This document shows, in pieces, positions 15,287 through 24,920 of a stretch of 32,000 bases of DNA; within the stretch, counting starts at the first letter, position 1; every line of letters begins with the position of its first letter. This DNA is from an uncultured bacterium (GTDB lineage: Bacteria; Margulisbacteria; WOR-1; CAVSGV01). Where the stretch lies: positions 180,001 to 212,000 of the forward strand of contig OY969425.1 in assembly GCA_963699255.1 (NCBI GenBank). Reading direction: 5' to 3'. The notes beneath the pieces were generated by a model, which did not search any database, was not told the origin of the DNA, and worked only from the letters and a program-made list of their open reading frames with translations. The translations under genes were made by a program, and so were the position numbers.

Positions 15287-16015
15287 TTACTGTATTTTGA
15301 GGGCGTCTTCAAGGGAGAATTTTCCTTCATATAGAGCTTTGCCGATAATGCAGCCTGCCACCCCTTCGATATTTTTGATCTTTTTTATATCATCAAGGGA
15401 CGATATTCCGCCTGACGCGATTACAGGGATCTTTATTGAAGACGCCATATCTTCGATCGCTTCAAAATTCGGACCCTTTAAGGCTCCGTCCCTTGAGGTA
15501 TCGGTAAAGATTATTGTTCTTACTCCCATATCCTCCAGGTCTTTCGCGAAAGTTTTTGCGTCGATGTCCGTGACATGTGTCCATCCGTCCGTTGCCACGC
15601 GTCCGCCGGAAGCGTCAACTCCCACGGCGATCTTGTCGCCGAATTTCGCTGCGATGCTTTTTACAAAGCGTTTGTCCACGACTGACCTTGTTCCCACGAT
15701 CACTCTTTTTGCCCCGCAGCCCAGGAGGAATTCTATGGTTTCAACGGTCCTTACTCCGCCGCTTACCTCAAAGTTGATCTTGAACGACTCGATTATTTCC
15801 CTGATGATCTCCAGGTTCTCCTGGAAGCCGGTCTTTGCCCCGTTTAGGTCAACAAGGTGCATCCATTTTGCGCCGAGGTTCACCCACCTCTGGGCGGCTT
15901 CAAGCGGGCTGCCTGAATATACGGTTTCCGCGTCGAACTTTCCCTGGAAAAGCCGGACGCATTTGCCGTCAAGTATATCCACTGCCGGTATTATGTTGAA
16001 TTTGCTCATTTGCAT
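15287..16015 (-). CDS. hisA: Phosphoribosylformimino-5-aminoimidazole carboxamide ribotide isomerase
   Basis: IIPAVDILDGKCVRLFQG, VDLNGAKTG, VSGGVRTVETIE, TDTSRDGALKGPN, IPVIASGGISS. Confidence 0.95.
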   Translation of the reverse strand: MQMSKFNIIPAVDILDGKCVRLFQGKFDAETVYSGSPLEAAQRWVNLGAKWMHLVDLNGAKTGFQENLEIIREIIESFKINFEVSGGVRTVETIEFLLGCGAKRVIVGTRSVVDKRFVKSIAAKFGDKIAVGVDASGGRVATDGWTHVTDIDAKTFAKDLEDMGVRTIIFTDTSRDGALKGPNFEAIEDMASSIKIPVIASGGISSLDDIKKIKNIEGVAGCIIGKALYEGKFSLEDALKIQ

Positions 16016-16626
16016 GACCTGGCGAAATTATCCAGGACCTTCAGCCCCATATCGCCGCTTTTCTCGATGTGGAACTGCACCCCGAAGATCTTGTCCTTGA
16101 CTATCGAGGAACAGAAATCCGTGCCGTATTCAGTTGTTGTCGCTATTATCGATCCATCGTCAGGGATGACGTAATAGGAATGCACAAAGTACATCATTGA
16201 TCCGTTCTCCACGCCATCGAAATAAGGGGTTTGTTTTTTGACCTTTATTGAGTTCCATCCCATCTGCGGCACTTTTAGGCGGGATGAAAGGGGAGGATGG
16301 AAGCTGAACTTTTTTACCTTGCCCGGCAAGATGCCGAATCCTTTAAGGGATCCTTCTTCGCTTTCATTGAATAACAGCTGAAGCCCCAGGCATATCCCAA
16401 GAAAAGGCTTGCCCATGGCTATCTCCTCTATGATCGTGCCTTCAAGGTTGGAAGCCCTCAGTTCCGATATTGCCGCGTCAAAAGCCCCGACACCCGGAAG
16501 TATGACCCCCGAAGCGCTTTTTATGGCATTTCTGTCCTTGGTGATGATTACGGAGTGCCCTAATTTTGTTAAAGCCTTCTCCACGCTCCTGAGGTTGCCC
16601 ATCCCATAATCAATGATAACGATCAT
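16006..16626 (-). CDS. hisH: Imidazole glycerol phosphate synthase, glutamine amidotransferase subunit
   Basis: MIIVIIDYGMGNLRSVEKAL, ILPGVGAF, GICLGLQLLF, FGVQFHIEKSG. The ORF track extends to 16785; the start is trimmed to the Met of the canonical N-terminus. Confidence 0.93.
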   Translation of the reverse strand: MIVIIDYGMGNLRSVEKALTKLGHSVIITKDRNAIKSASGVILPGVGAFDAAISELRASNLEGTIIEEIAMGKPFLGICLGLQLLFNESEEGSLKGFGILPGKVKKFSFHPPLSSRLKVPQMGWNSIKVKKQTPYFDGVENGSMMYFVHSYYVIPDDGSIIATTTEYGTDFCSSIVKDKIFGVQFHIEKSGDMGLKVLDNFARSCK

Positions 16627-16661
16627 AACCCTATTCATCACCCCTTCGATCCGGCGTAATA

Positions 16662-17567
16662 TTACTCCGGAAGAACCCTCATGCAGATGGCTATTGCACC
16701 CATTACGCCGGCATTGTTTTTTAGCTTCGCAGGAACAATTATCAGGGATTTTCTGGACGCTTCCATTGAATATTGTTTGGCCCAATGTTTCACGGGGTCG
16801 AGAAGAAGCCTGCCCATGTTCGAAACGCCGCCGCCGACCACAAAAATGTCAGGATTAAGTATGTTATTCAAGTTAGCGATGCCTATGCCTATGTATTTTG
16901 CGGCTTTTTCAATCGCATTTTTAGCCCTTTTGTTGCCGCGTCTGGCCGCCAATTCGGCTTCCAGCGCGTTTTTCTGGCCTGCCATCCTTGCTATGGCGGG
17001 GCCAGCAGCCAGGGCTTCCAGGCAGCCGCGGTTGCCGCAGCCGCACTTTGGGCCTTTTGGGTCGATCACCATATGGCCTATCTCCCCGGCTGTGCCGATG
17101 GAGCCCGTATAAACCTTGCCGTCGATTATAATTCCGCCCCCGATGCCTGTGCTTAAAGTGATGTAAATAAGGTTCCTGAAGCCTTTTCCCGCGCCGAAAC
17201 TGAATTCGCCGAAAGCGGCAGCGTTGGCGTCATTTTCAACGTAGATTTTTTTCTTAAGTTCCCTCTGCAGTATGGATTTGATGTTGACATTCTGCCATCC
17301 GGGAAGGTTAGGAGGGGAAACGACGATCGCCTGTCCCAGGATCGGTCCCGGAGCGCCGATACCGATCTTTGATATCCTCGATAGCGGTATCCTTGCCTGT
17401 TTTGCCGCAAGGCTAATGGACCTGATGATGTTCTTGATGACCTTTTCCGGACCGAGTTTAGCCTGCGTGTCTATTCTGACAGTGGAGATGATCCTTCCTT
17501 CTGAATCAGACAGGGAAGTAAGTATTTTTGTCCCGCCGAGATCCACTCCGATGATCATGTTCAGCAT
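16662..17567 (-). CDS. ROK family sugar kinase (glucokinase-like)
   Basis: GVDLGGTKILTSLSD, YVENDANAAAFGE, LSTGIGGGIIIDG, GHMVIDPKGPKCGCGNRGCLEALA. Confidence 0.93.
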   Translation of the reverse strand: MLNMIIGVDLGGTKILTSLSDSEGRIISTVRIDTQAKLGPEKVIKNIIRSISLAAKQARIPLSRISKIGIGAPGPILGQAIVVSPPNLPGWQNVNIKSILQRELKKKIYVENDANAAAFGEFSFGAGKGFRNLIYITLSTGIGGGIIIDGKVYTGSIGTAGEIGHMVIDPKGPKCGCGNRGCLEALAAGPAIARMAGQKNALEAELAARRGNKRAKNAIEKAAKYIGIGIANLNNILNPDIFVVGGGVSNMGRLLLDPVKHWAKQYSMEASRKSLIIVPAKLKNNAGVMGAIAICMRVLPE

Positions 17568-17750
17568 TATATCATAAAATAAACGGAATACGGGAAATTG
17601 GGAATATGGGAATACAGTTTAGGAAATTAGGGAAAAAGGAAATCAAGGAAAGAAGGTGTGCGTTAGATCTTTCTTTTGTCTTCACTTTCCATTTTTCCCT
17701 CATCCCCAAACCGTATCCCTGTATCCCGGTATCCCTCTTTTCCCGATGTT

Positions 17751-19325
17751 TTACTTTGTCTTTACTACACTGAAATATTTTCTGGGGATCTCATACTTTT
17801 CGATGAGGAGTCGATTTCTGGCGTTCCTTTTGAGGAAGATTATGGCGTACCGGTCGGCAAAGACGGGCGCCCAGCGCGGATCGGATATGCGTTCGATCAG
17901 GAATTTTTGCCCCCAGGGCGTGAAGTCGCGATGGGAGAAGAATATCGCGTTAAATCTATATAATTTATCCTGTTCATCGAATATCGCGCTGTTTTCCTGG
18001 AGCGGGACGTAGATATCGCTAAAAAAGGATCCCGGATAAGCTTCCGGTCGGTTGTCGGTGAAAACTTTTTCCTTAGGATAAAGATGGTAGATCAAATAAC
18101 CCCCGATATCATAATTATTCAGGATCGGTCCCCGCAAGTTTTCTTTTATGAAAAAATCAGCCGATCCATTGACCCCCGGCGCCAGACCAGGAACGAATTT
18201 GTCAGGGGAAAAAATACGCTGGTAATGGCTGGATACGGTAGCGCCAAAAATAAGAAAGGACAGAAGAACGACCGACGCTTTGGCAAGCGAAGAATTCAAT
18301 TCGATCTTTGCTGCCAGCCCTTGTTTTATGTTATATGCAATGATCGGCAGGGCGAACAGTCCAAAAACTGTAAAATTTCGAATGGCCAGCCAGGCCATGA
18401 TGCTGAACGCCGCGCCCAGGCAAAAATATGCGAACGAAAAACCGCGGCGATTTGTGATCAATGCCAGAATGAAGCTGAAAACAAGCGCCGAGAAAGCTAT
18501 CTTAAAAAGCAGCAGGTTCGGATTGCTTATAAAGCCGAGTTTGTCCAGGAACCGGACCGACTGGTTCTCAACGATCCGGTAGCTGTAATTTTCGAATATC
18601 CTGAAAGGAGATAATAATCCTTTTAAGCCGAAGGGGTTTATTAATGTCGCCAGGATCACAGCGGCAAAAATGGTCCCCAGCTCCTTTGCCCTTGTCCTTA
18701 TCGCGTCAGAAGGGATTGCGATCTCAGAGACTGAAAAAATGCCGACAAGCGCGGGCCCCAGAATGAAATATATGTGGGCGTTGACCCATAAGGCCTGAAT
18801 GAGCGGCAAAATAACAAGCCATATATATGAAAGGGCTCCGGATCTATAATGCCAGAGGAGCCAGAGAAAAACCGCGCAAAAAAAGTAGCTGAAGACCTCC
18901 GGCCGGATCTCGGCGCGTTCAGCAATAAGCGGGATCAGCAGCAGGGAAACAGGCGCCGCTATTTCAAGGCCGGATTCTTTCCATGCCAAACGGAAGAAAA
19001 GCCAAAAAGTGATAAGGCTTACCATTATAAAGAAAAGGGAAAGCCCGTAAAATCCCGCCATCCTGTTTATCAGGAAGAAAATTACGCCGCTTCCCCAGTG
19101 ATGGTTTAAAACGGCGAATTCAGGATGCGTGTATGAATAGAAATTTGTATTCAGTACCCCGAAGTTTCCCTGCAGGATCATCTGGCCGTTCTTTATGTGC
19201 CGGCCCAGATCGGCGGTGGTAAGATCTATGGGACGGACAAGAAAAAGGCCGTACCAGCCAAGCAATAAAAGCGCGATAATAATATGAAAGGACTTTGTTG
19301 CTTTTGCTTTTCTTTGGCGTTCCAC
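17751..19325 (-). CDS. Multi-pass membrane protein (glycosyltransferase 39 / DolP-mannosyltransferase-like topology)
   Basis: 524 aa, about 10 hydrophobic segments; DLTTADLGRHIKNGQMIL and ILNNYDIGGYLIYHLYPKEKVFTDNRPEAYP. Confidence 0.65.
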   Translation of the reverse strand: MERQRKAKATKSFHIIIALLLLGWYGLFLVRPIDLTTADLGRHIKNGQMILQGNFGVLNTNFYSYTHPEFAVLNHHWGSGVIFFLINRMAGFYGLSLFFIMVSLITFWLFFRLAWKESGLEIAAPVSLLLIPLIAERAEIRPEVFSYFFCAVFLWLLWHYRSGALSYIWLVILPLIQALWVNAHIYFILGPALVGIFSVSEIAIPSDAIRTRAKELGTIFAAVILATLINPFGLKGLLSPFRIFENYSYRIVENQSVRFLDKLGFISNPNLLLFKIAFSALVFSFILALITNRRGFSFAYFCLGAAFSIMAWLAIRNFTVFGLFALPIIAYNIKQGLAAKIELNSSLAKASVVLLSFLIFGATVSSHYQRIFSPDKFVPGLAPGVNGSADFFIKENLRGPILNNYDIGGYLIYHLYPKEKVFTDNRPEAYPGSFFSDIYVPLQENSAIFDEQDKLYRFNAIFFSHRDFTPWGQKFLIERISDPRWAPVFADRYAIIFLKRNARNRLLIEKYEIPRKYFSVVKTK

Positions 19326-19464
19326 AAATTTATTATAGCATATCCGGCCGATTTTCCATGCAGGCTAAAGAATACATTAATATGATTGCAATGTTATAAA
19401 TATAATCATATAATATGCAACGAGGATCCAAAAAGGAATTTATCCTTATATAAGGAGGTTTTTT

Positions 19465-22017
19465 ATGTCAAAGAAAATGGTTTTTTGCCTCTGTATTCTC
19501 CTTTCCATCTTTTCCTTTTCCGTTTTTGCAGCAATACCGCGGACTATTTTTTATCAGGGGAAGCTATTGGATAAAGCAAGCAACCTTCCTGTCACCGAGA
19601 CCAAGGACATAACATTTACAATATACAGATCTTCTGACGGATCATCGCTTTGGTCACAGAAAATATCGATTACCCCGGATAGTAACGGGAATATCAGCCA
19701 GATCATAGGGCCTATCCCGGCCAGCGTTGATTTTAGCAGCGCATATGAGATCGGGCTCAATGTTGACGGGGAAGAGATGTCCGCGCGGCAGCAACTGACC
19801 GCGGCTCCTTATGCTTTAAGGGCGATGGTGGCGGATTCTCTCGCAAGCGGAGGGTCCAAAACAGCGGGGATGGGCGTTATGTCCGGCACAGCTGCAGACT
19901 ATGCGACATTGAGCGGCACTTCGTCGAACTGCGTCGGCGCTGCGAGGACATCCAACTACGCAGCATTGAGCGGAACTTCGTCCAGCTGTACCGGCTCTGT
20001 TTCTTATGCATCTTTGAGCGGAACTTCGTCCAGATGTACCGGCTCTGTTTCTTATGCATCTTTGAGCGGAACTTCGTCCAGATGTACCGGCTCTGTTTCT
20101 TATGCGATATTGAGCGGGACTGCATCCACATGTTCCGGGCCAGTTCCATATGCGACATTGAGCGGGACTGCGTCCAACTGTTCAGGAATTAGCGGAACCG
20201 CAAATTATATTTCAAAATTTACAGCCGCAAAAACACTTGGGAATTCGATCATTTATGATAATGGCACAAACGTGGGCATCGGGAAGACGGGTCCTGGGGC
20301 CAAACTGGATATAGGAGGCCTTGCGGAAAATGCTCAAGGGTTAAGGGTCATTAACACAAACAAGCAGGATATTTTCCTTGTTCCTCTATTAAGTGGCTGG
20401 GGATACAATCATCTGTCTAATGCTGGTGATGCCGGCATCTTTTATGAATCAACCGGATTAGTAATTGGTCCATGGGAAAATGCTTACAAGGGTATTCGTA
20501 TTGATTCATCCGGCAATGTGGGCATCGGGGCGCCGACTCCAGGGGCGAAGTTGGATGTTATTGGTTCTGTGAGGATTGCCGATGGGACTCAGGGCGCAAA
20601 CAGGGTCTTGATTTCGGACGCGAACGGCTTAGCCAGCTGGAAGGCTCTTTCCAGTATATCGGGAGCAGGGATGGGAGTTATGGCCGGGACAACTGCAGAC
20701 TATGCAGCATTGAGCGGATATTCTTCAATGTGTACAGGAACTGCTAAGACAGCCACCTATGCGCTATTGAGTGGAACCGCGTCGAATTGTATCGGACCTG
20801 TAAGGTATTCTGCTTTATCAGGGGTAGCCAGCGCATGTTCCGGTAATGCAAATACAGCAAACACAGCAAATACTGCAAATGTAGCCATCGCGGCAAAATA
20901 TTCTGTGATGAGCGCCGTTTCTTCAATGTGTGTGGGTACCGCGAATTTGACCTCAATTAAGGTCACCGCCGGGACACCGGGCGCGGGTAAGGTCCTGACC
21001 TCAGATCAATACGGCAATGCTACATGGCAGACCTCCAGCAAAGTATCAGGGATGGGTATCATGTCCGGCACATTCGCAGACTATGCAACCATGAGCGGGA
21101 TATCATCAAATTGTACAGGAACTGCTAAGACAGCCACATATTCTTTATTGAGTGGAACGGCGTCGAACTGTGTCGGCAGCGTGAATACAGCGAAATATGC
21201 TGCTTTATCGGGGGTAGCCAGTGTTTGTACAGGGGCTGTAAATATGGCAAATACAGCCAATATAGCAAAATATTCTGCAATGAGCGCAGTATCTTCGATG
21301 TGTGTGGGTACTGCGAACTTGAGCTCACTTCGGGTTACCGGAGGCACTCCGGGTGCGGGCAAGGTTTTGGTTTCGGATGCGAACGGATTAGCTACCTGGC
21401 AGACACCCGCCGGTGGCTCTCAATTGACGGTGAGGGGGAGAACATCCCGACTCGCTAAATTTGCCGATGGGCTTGATATGAACGCATCATCAAATACAAT
21501 TGAATACTCATCAATTTACGAACACAATGGCCTTGTTGGTATTGGATGTAATCCAGGAGTAATGACTTATACGGTATTAAATGTATTGGGCAGTTCAGAG
21601 TTAATTGGCGATGTTAGAGTTGATGGGCAGGTGACGATCACCGGAGGCGCTCCGGGTGCGGGCAAGGTCTTGATTTCGGATGCGAACGGATTAGCTACCT
21701 GGCAGCCCCCTATAGTAACCACTACAGCCACGGCTTCTGTAACAGCCATAACCAGTGCTTATACGGTTCTTCCTACAGATTCCATTATATTATGTACAGC
21801 TAATTACTTTACAATTACCCTTCCGTCAGCTGTCGGGCTCAAAGGGAAAATGTATACGTTTAAAAGGGTGTATGGCAATAATGCCCCCGGCCCGATATCG
21901 ATAGTAACTACCGGCCAACAAATGATAGACGGGGCGGGATCTTATAGTTTGAACAATAATAATTTTGTAGTAATAGTTTCGGATGGAGCTAATTGGCAAA
22001 TTATATCAAAGGGATAA
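19465..22017 (+). CDS. Large secreted repeat protein with tail-fibre-like modules
   Basis: 850 aa, signal peptide MSKKMVFCLCILLSIFSFSVFA; 16-aa YA(S/L)LSGT(S/A)Sx CTG repeats; several GAGKVLxSDANGLATWQ modules; RBS aaggagg. Confidence 0.9.
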   Translation: MSKKMVFCLCILLSIFSFSVFAAIPRTIFYQGKLLDKASNLPVTETKDITFTIYRSSDGSSLWSQKISITPDSNGNISQIIGPIPASVDFSSAYEIGLNVDGEEMSARQQLTAAPYALRAMVADSLASGGSKTAGMGVMSGTAADYATLSGTSSNCVGAARTSNYAALSGTSSSCTGSVSYASLSGTSSRCTGSVSYASLSGTSSRCTGSVSYAILSGTASTCSGPVPYATLSGTASNCSGISGTANYISKFTAAKTLGNSIIYDNGTNVGIGKTGPGAKLDIGGLAENAQGLRVINTNKQDIFLVPLLSGWGYNHLSNAGDAGIFYESTGLVIGPWENAYKGIRIDSSGNVGIGAPTPGAKLDVIGSVRIADGTQGANRVLISDANGLASWKALSSISGAGMGVMAGTTADYAALSGYSSMCTGTAKTATYALLSGTASNCIGPVRYSALSGVASACSGNANTANTANTANVAIAAKYSVMSAVSSMCVGTANLTSIKVTAGTPGAGKVLTSDQYGNATWQTSSKVSGMGIMSGTFADYATMSGISSNCTGTAKTATYSLLSGTASNCVGSVNTAKYAALSGVASVCTGAVNMANTANIAKYSAMSAVSSMCVGTANLSSLRVTGGTPGAGKVLVSDANGLATWQTPAGGSQLTVRGRTSRLAKFADGLDMNASSNTIEYSSIYEHNGLVGIGCNPGVMTYTVLNVLGSSELIGDVRVDGQVTITGGAPGAGKVLISDANGLATWQPPIVTTTATASVTAITSAYTVLPTDSIILCTANYFTITLPSAVGLKGKMYTFKRVYGNNAPGPISIVTTGQQMIDGAGSYSLNNNNFVVIVSDGANWQIISKG
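19905..20190 (+). repeat. 48-nt tandem coding repeat array (16-aa unit)
   Basis: gcatctttgagcggaacttcgtccagatgtaccggctctgtttcttat starts at 20008 and 20056, with diverged units before and from 20104. Confidence 0.92.
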
Positions 22018-22071
22018 AATCAGTTTTATTTTTGAGCCATAATTTTGAAATTTAAGTTTCGGGGGTATTTT

Positions 22072-22953
22072 GTGCTCAAAAGGGCATTGATCATTCAGGT
22101 TGTTTTGCTGCTTTTTTCCCCCATCGCAAGCGTGTCAGGCTCTTTTGCTTTCACAATGAACAGCCAAAATTATGTTTTGCCGGCGGGTACAATTGGCGGC
22201 GTGGGCACACTTGAAACTTCCACTTCATTAAGCTATGAGCTTTACTCCAGTATCGGGCAGGTATCCCCGGTAGGGTCGTCGGATAGCGGTAGCTATTCGC
22301 TGCGTTCAGGCTATGTTTGCACGCTTTTTGATGATATCTATATTTACAATGTCAATATAGATGGCAGTACCGCTTCGTCGGCGACATCAATTTCAGATAA
22401 GCCTGTTATTTCGGCTGACATACTTGATGAGTGCTTAACACCGGGCTCAACAAGCGTTGAAGTGTATGTGGACGGCAAAAAATATCTTGTGGGACTTGTA
22501 AAGACTGGCCATAAAAAATATCATTTTTCGTGCAGCCCGGGAGCATTAATTAGCGGCGTGACACATGAGGTGGAGATCCGAGCCACAAACCTTGGAGGCT
22601 CAGCCGACTATTTCGGACTCAAGCAGCTTAAGCATCCCGGCATACTTTCCATCACAAGCAAGCCGAAGAACGTGCCGAATCCTTTCAGACCGAAGCACGG
22701 CGAAGGGACAACGATAATGTACGATCTTTCTTCTGATACCGGCACAAAACTGATCATTTACGACATAACAGGCAAAGCGGTGTGTCAGAAGTCCTTTGAT
22801 CCCGGAGATGAAGGCGGGAGATCAGGCCTGAACAGCGTCTTCTGGGACGGGAAAAACGACTTTGGGGAATATGTCGGAAATGGAGTGTACATATTTATTA
22901 TTACCTCTGGCAGCAAGATGCTTTCCAAGGGTCAAATGATGGTTGTGGACTAG
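22072..22953 (+). CDS. Secreted protein with C-terminal FlgD/Por-CTD-like beta domain
   Basis: ORF track begins at TTG 22045; GTG 22072 places the signal peptide (VLKRALIIQVVLLLFSPIASVSGSFA) at the N-terminus. C-terminus NVPNPFRPKHGEGTTIMYDLS...LIIYDITGKAVCQKSFDPGDEGG...FWDGKNDFGEYVGNGVYIF. Confidence 0.82.
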   Translation: MLKRALIIQVVLLLFSPIASVSGSFAFTMNSQNYVLPAGTIGGVGTLETSTSLSYELYSSIGQVSPVGSSDSGSYSLRSGYVCTLFDDIYIYNVNIDGSTASSATSISDKPVISADILDECLTPGSTSVEVYVDGKKYLVGLVKTGHKKYHFSCSPGALISGVTHEVEIRATNLGGSADYFGLKQLKHPGILSITSKPKNVPNPFRPKHGEGTTIMYDLSSDTGTKLIIYDITGKAVCQKSFDPGDEGGRSGLNSVFWDGKNDFGEYVGNGVYIFIITSGSKMLSKGQMMVVD

Positions 22954-23104
22954 GCCCCTCATACCACTTTTCCAGTTCTTCTCCTATCGATTTATTGATT
23001 AAATTGAAAAAATGAAAGTCCCCTATACTTTTACTAACTATCTCCTTTACGGCATGGAAGTATATACCATGCCTGTCATAAGGCAGTCGGCAAATTTCAA
23101 AATT

Positions 23105-23139
23105 CATGCAAGTTTGATCCCCCATAACCCGATTATATA
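23105..23139 (+). promoter_or_regulatory. Shared upstream element, sigma28-like promoter (copy 6, distal)
   Basis: CATGCAAGTTTGATCCCCCATAACCCGATTATATA; -10-like CCCGATTA is close to GCCGATAA; upstream of the PorV-like gene. Confidence 0.6.
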
Positions 23140-23231
23140 AGTGTAAGGCCCCGGAAAGCGGGGCAGCCATCTGCAAGAAAAGAACAAAGCTAGAGGTGGC
23201 AATGTTCTTTTCGGTTTTTAGGGGGGAGCAA

Positions 23232-24239
23232 ATGAGGAATACGGTTCTAAAGTTAACATTTTTAGCGGTATCATTGGTAATATTGATGATATCCGCATCC
23301 TTTGCTGATGACGGCTCAGTCAACGCACCCTCGGTAGACATAACAGAAGTAGGGATGGGAGCGCGCCCGATAGCGCTTGGGGGAGCATACACGGGCCTTG
23401 CTGATGACGCATCGGCCATATTCACGAATCCGGCAGGGCTTGCCAGGCAGAACAGCCTCTCTTTTGTAAGCATGAGTTCACAGATATTGAACACCGTAGA
23501 CTACAAGCTGATCGGATTTTCATATCCGACGCAATACGGTCATTTAGGGATCGGATATGTTGGGGCATCAACACCGGCAGGCTCACATATATATTATGTA
23601 GGGGGAGTAACAACCGAAGGCGGAGCAATGGATTATACGAACCAGATGTTCATCCTCTCATATGGTAAAGATATCAGCGAGCAAGTCGGGGTAGGGGCTA
23701 ACGTAAAGTTTCTTTCACAGGGGCTTTCGGGGAGCATAAGCAATGCACCGACCGCAAGCGGAATGGAGCTGGACCTTGGGGCGATGTATGCACCGACCAG
23801 CAGGTTGACCGTTGGAGCCACACTTCAAAATGTGGCTGGATCGCTTGATTGGTCCACCGGGGAGAAAGAAACGCTTCCCAGGCTGTTCAAGCTGGGATGT
23901 TCATATAAAGCTATTGAAAATGTGCTGGTCGCGCTGGACACGGACTTCGACCTGGACGGAGGAAGGGATATGGTGGCACACGGCGGAGCCGAATGGCAGG
24001 TAATACCACTTCTCGCGCTGAGGGCCGGGATCGACCAGAAAGCGGCGTCGATCGACGAGGGGACCACAGGGACATCAACGAATTATCTGCTTGGCATAGG
24101 CCTTACGCTGGACGGGTTCAGGTTCGATTACGCGTACAGGCAGGATCCTAATTTTTCTGAGCTATCAACGCATTATTTCTCGATCTGTTACACGGGCGGT
24201 CCTGAGGAGCCGGTAAAACAGGCATCGGAAATAATATAA
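23232..24239 (+). CDS. PorV/PorQ-like outer-membrane beta-barrel protein
   Basis: Signal peptide MRNTVLKLTFLAVSLVILMISASFA; GMGARPIALGGAYTGLADDASAIFTNPAGLA; beta-barrel-like body. ORF start trimmed from GTG 23196. Confidence 0.88.
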   Translation: MRNTVLKLTFLAVSLVILMISASFADDGSVNAPSVDITEVGMGARPIALGGAYTGLADDASAIFTNPAGLARQNSLSFVSMSSQILNTVDYKLIGFSYPTQYGHLGIGYVGASTPAGSHIYYVGGVTTEGGAMDYTNQMFILSYGKDISEQVGVGANVKFLSQGLSGSISNAPTASGMELDLGAMYAPTSRLTVGATLQNVAGSLDWSTGEKETLPRLFKLGCSYKAIENVLVALDTDFDLDGGRDMVAHGGAEWQVIPLLALRAGIDQKAASIDEGTTGTSTNYLLGIGLTLDGFRFDYAYRQDPNFSELSTHYFSICYTGGPEEPVKQASEII

Positions 24240-24274
24240 GGCCGATCGGTTACAAGAATGATTTGAGGTGTTTT

Positions 24275-24757
24275 ATGGTTAAAAAAATAGTTATTTATTT
24301 GAGTGTTTTGCTGCTTTTCTTTTCCGCTGTAAGCGCGGCAGGATCTTTCGCGTTCGCAACGGAGGACCAAAGTAATATCATGCCCGCGGGGGCCGTCGGC
24401 GGCTCAGCTGACCTTAACGGTTTAACACAGATTCAACATGCCGGACTTTTTTCGGTAACAAGCTGGGCAAAGAACGTGCCGAATCCATTCAGGCCAAGGC
24501 AAGGTGAAGGGACAACGATAATATATAACATTTCAGCTGATACCTGCACAAAACTGATCATTTATGACATAACCGGCAGAGCGATATGGCAGAAGTCTTT
24601 TGATCCCGGAGAGGAAGGCGGAAAAGCAGGCCAGAACAGTGTCTTCTGGGACGGGAAAAATGACTTTGGAGGATACGTTGGGAATGGAATATACATATAT
24701 ATGGTAATATCCGACAGCAAGATACTTCACCTTGGCCATATGGCGGTAATGAACTAG
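24275..24757 (+). CDS. Short secreted protein with FlgD/Por-CTD-like domain, paralog of 22072-22953
   Basis: NVPNPFRPRQGEGTTIIYNISADTCTKLIIYDITGRAIWQKSFDPGEEGGKAGQNSVFWDGKNDFGGYVGNGIYIY; signal peptide. Confidence 0.82.
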   Translation: MVKKIVIYLSVLLLFFSAVSAAGSFAFATEDQSNIMPAGAVGGSADLNGLTQIQHAGLFSVTSWAKNVPNPFRPRQGEGTTIIYNISADTCTKLIIYDITGRAIWQKSFDPGEEGGKAGQNSVFWDGKNDFGGYVGNGIYIYMVISDSKILHLGHMAVMN

Positions 24758-24844
24758 TCTGCGCCTTTCTTTCAATTCTTCTCTGCCTCAATGTAATTTA
24801 TTGATGATGCCCTCCGGCTGACAAAATGACCCCACAAAAACCTC

Positions 24845-24873
24845 TTGACAACTTTTTGAGTTGTCTATATAAT
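24845..24873 (+). promoter_or_regulatory. Consensus sigma70-type promoter for groESL
   Basis: TTGACA (24845-24850), 17-bp spacer, TATAAT (24868-24873). Confidence 0.92.
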
Positions 24874-24899
24874 TAGCACTCGTGTCTGTAGATTGCTAA
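24873..24899 (+). promoter_or_regulatory. CIRCE operator (HrcA-binding site)
   Basis: TTAGCACTC-N9-GATTGCTAA; one mismatch to TTAGCACTC-N9-GAGTGCTAA. Confidence 0.93.
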
Positions 24900-24920
24900 T
24901 TAAGAAAAGGAGGGGTTTAT

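Noticed and set aside
16627-16785. N-terminal extension of the hisH ORF overlapping the ROK kinase gene
   Set aside because: Canonical HisH begins at MIIVIIDYGMGN (start 16626); the extra residues overlap the conserved 3' end of the upstream gene.
18084-18614. ORFs 18084..18614, 18280..18582 and 18849..19109 opposite the membrane-protein gene
   Set aside because: Products are Arg/Lys-rich with no domain pattern; the minus-strand frame gives a consistent multi-pass membrane protein.
19905-20190. CRISPR-like array because of regular 48-nt spacing
   Set aside because: Repeats are contiguous with no unique spacers, are in frame within a long ORF, and encode a 16-aa protein repeat.
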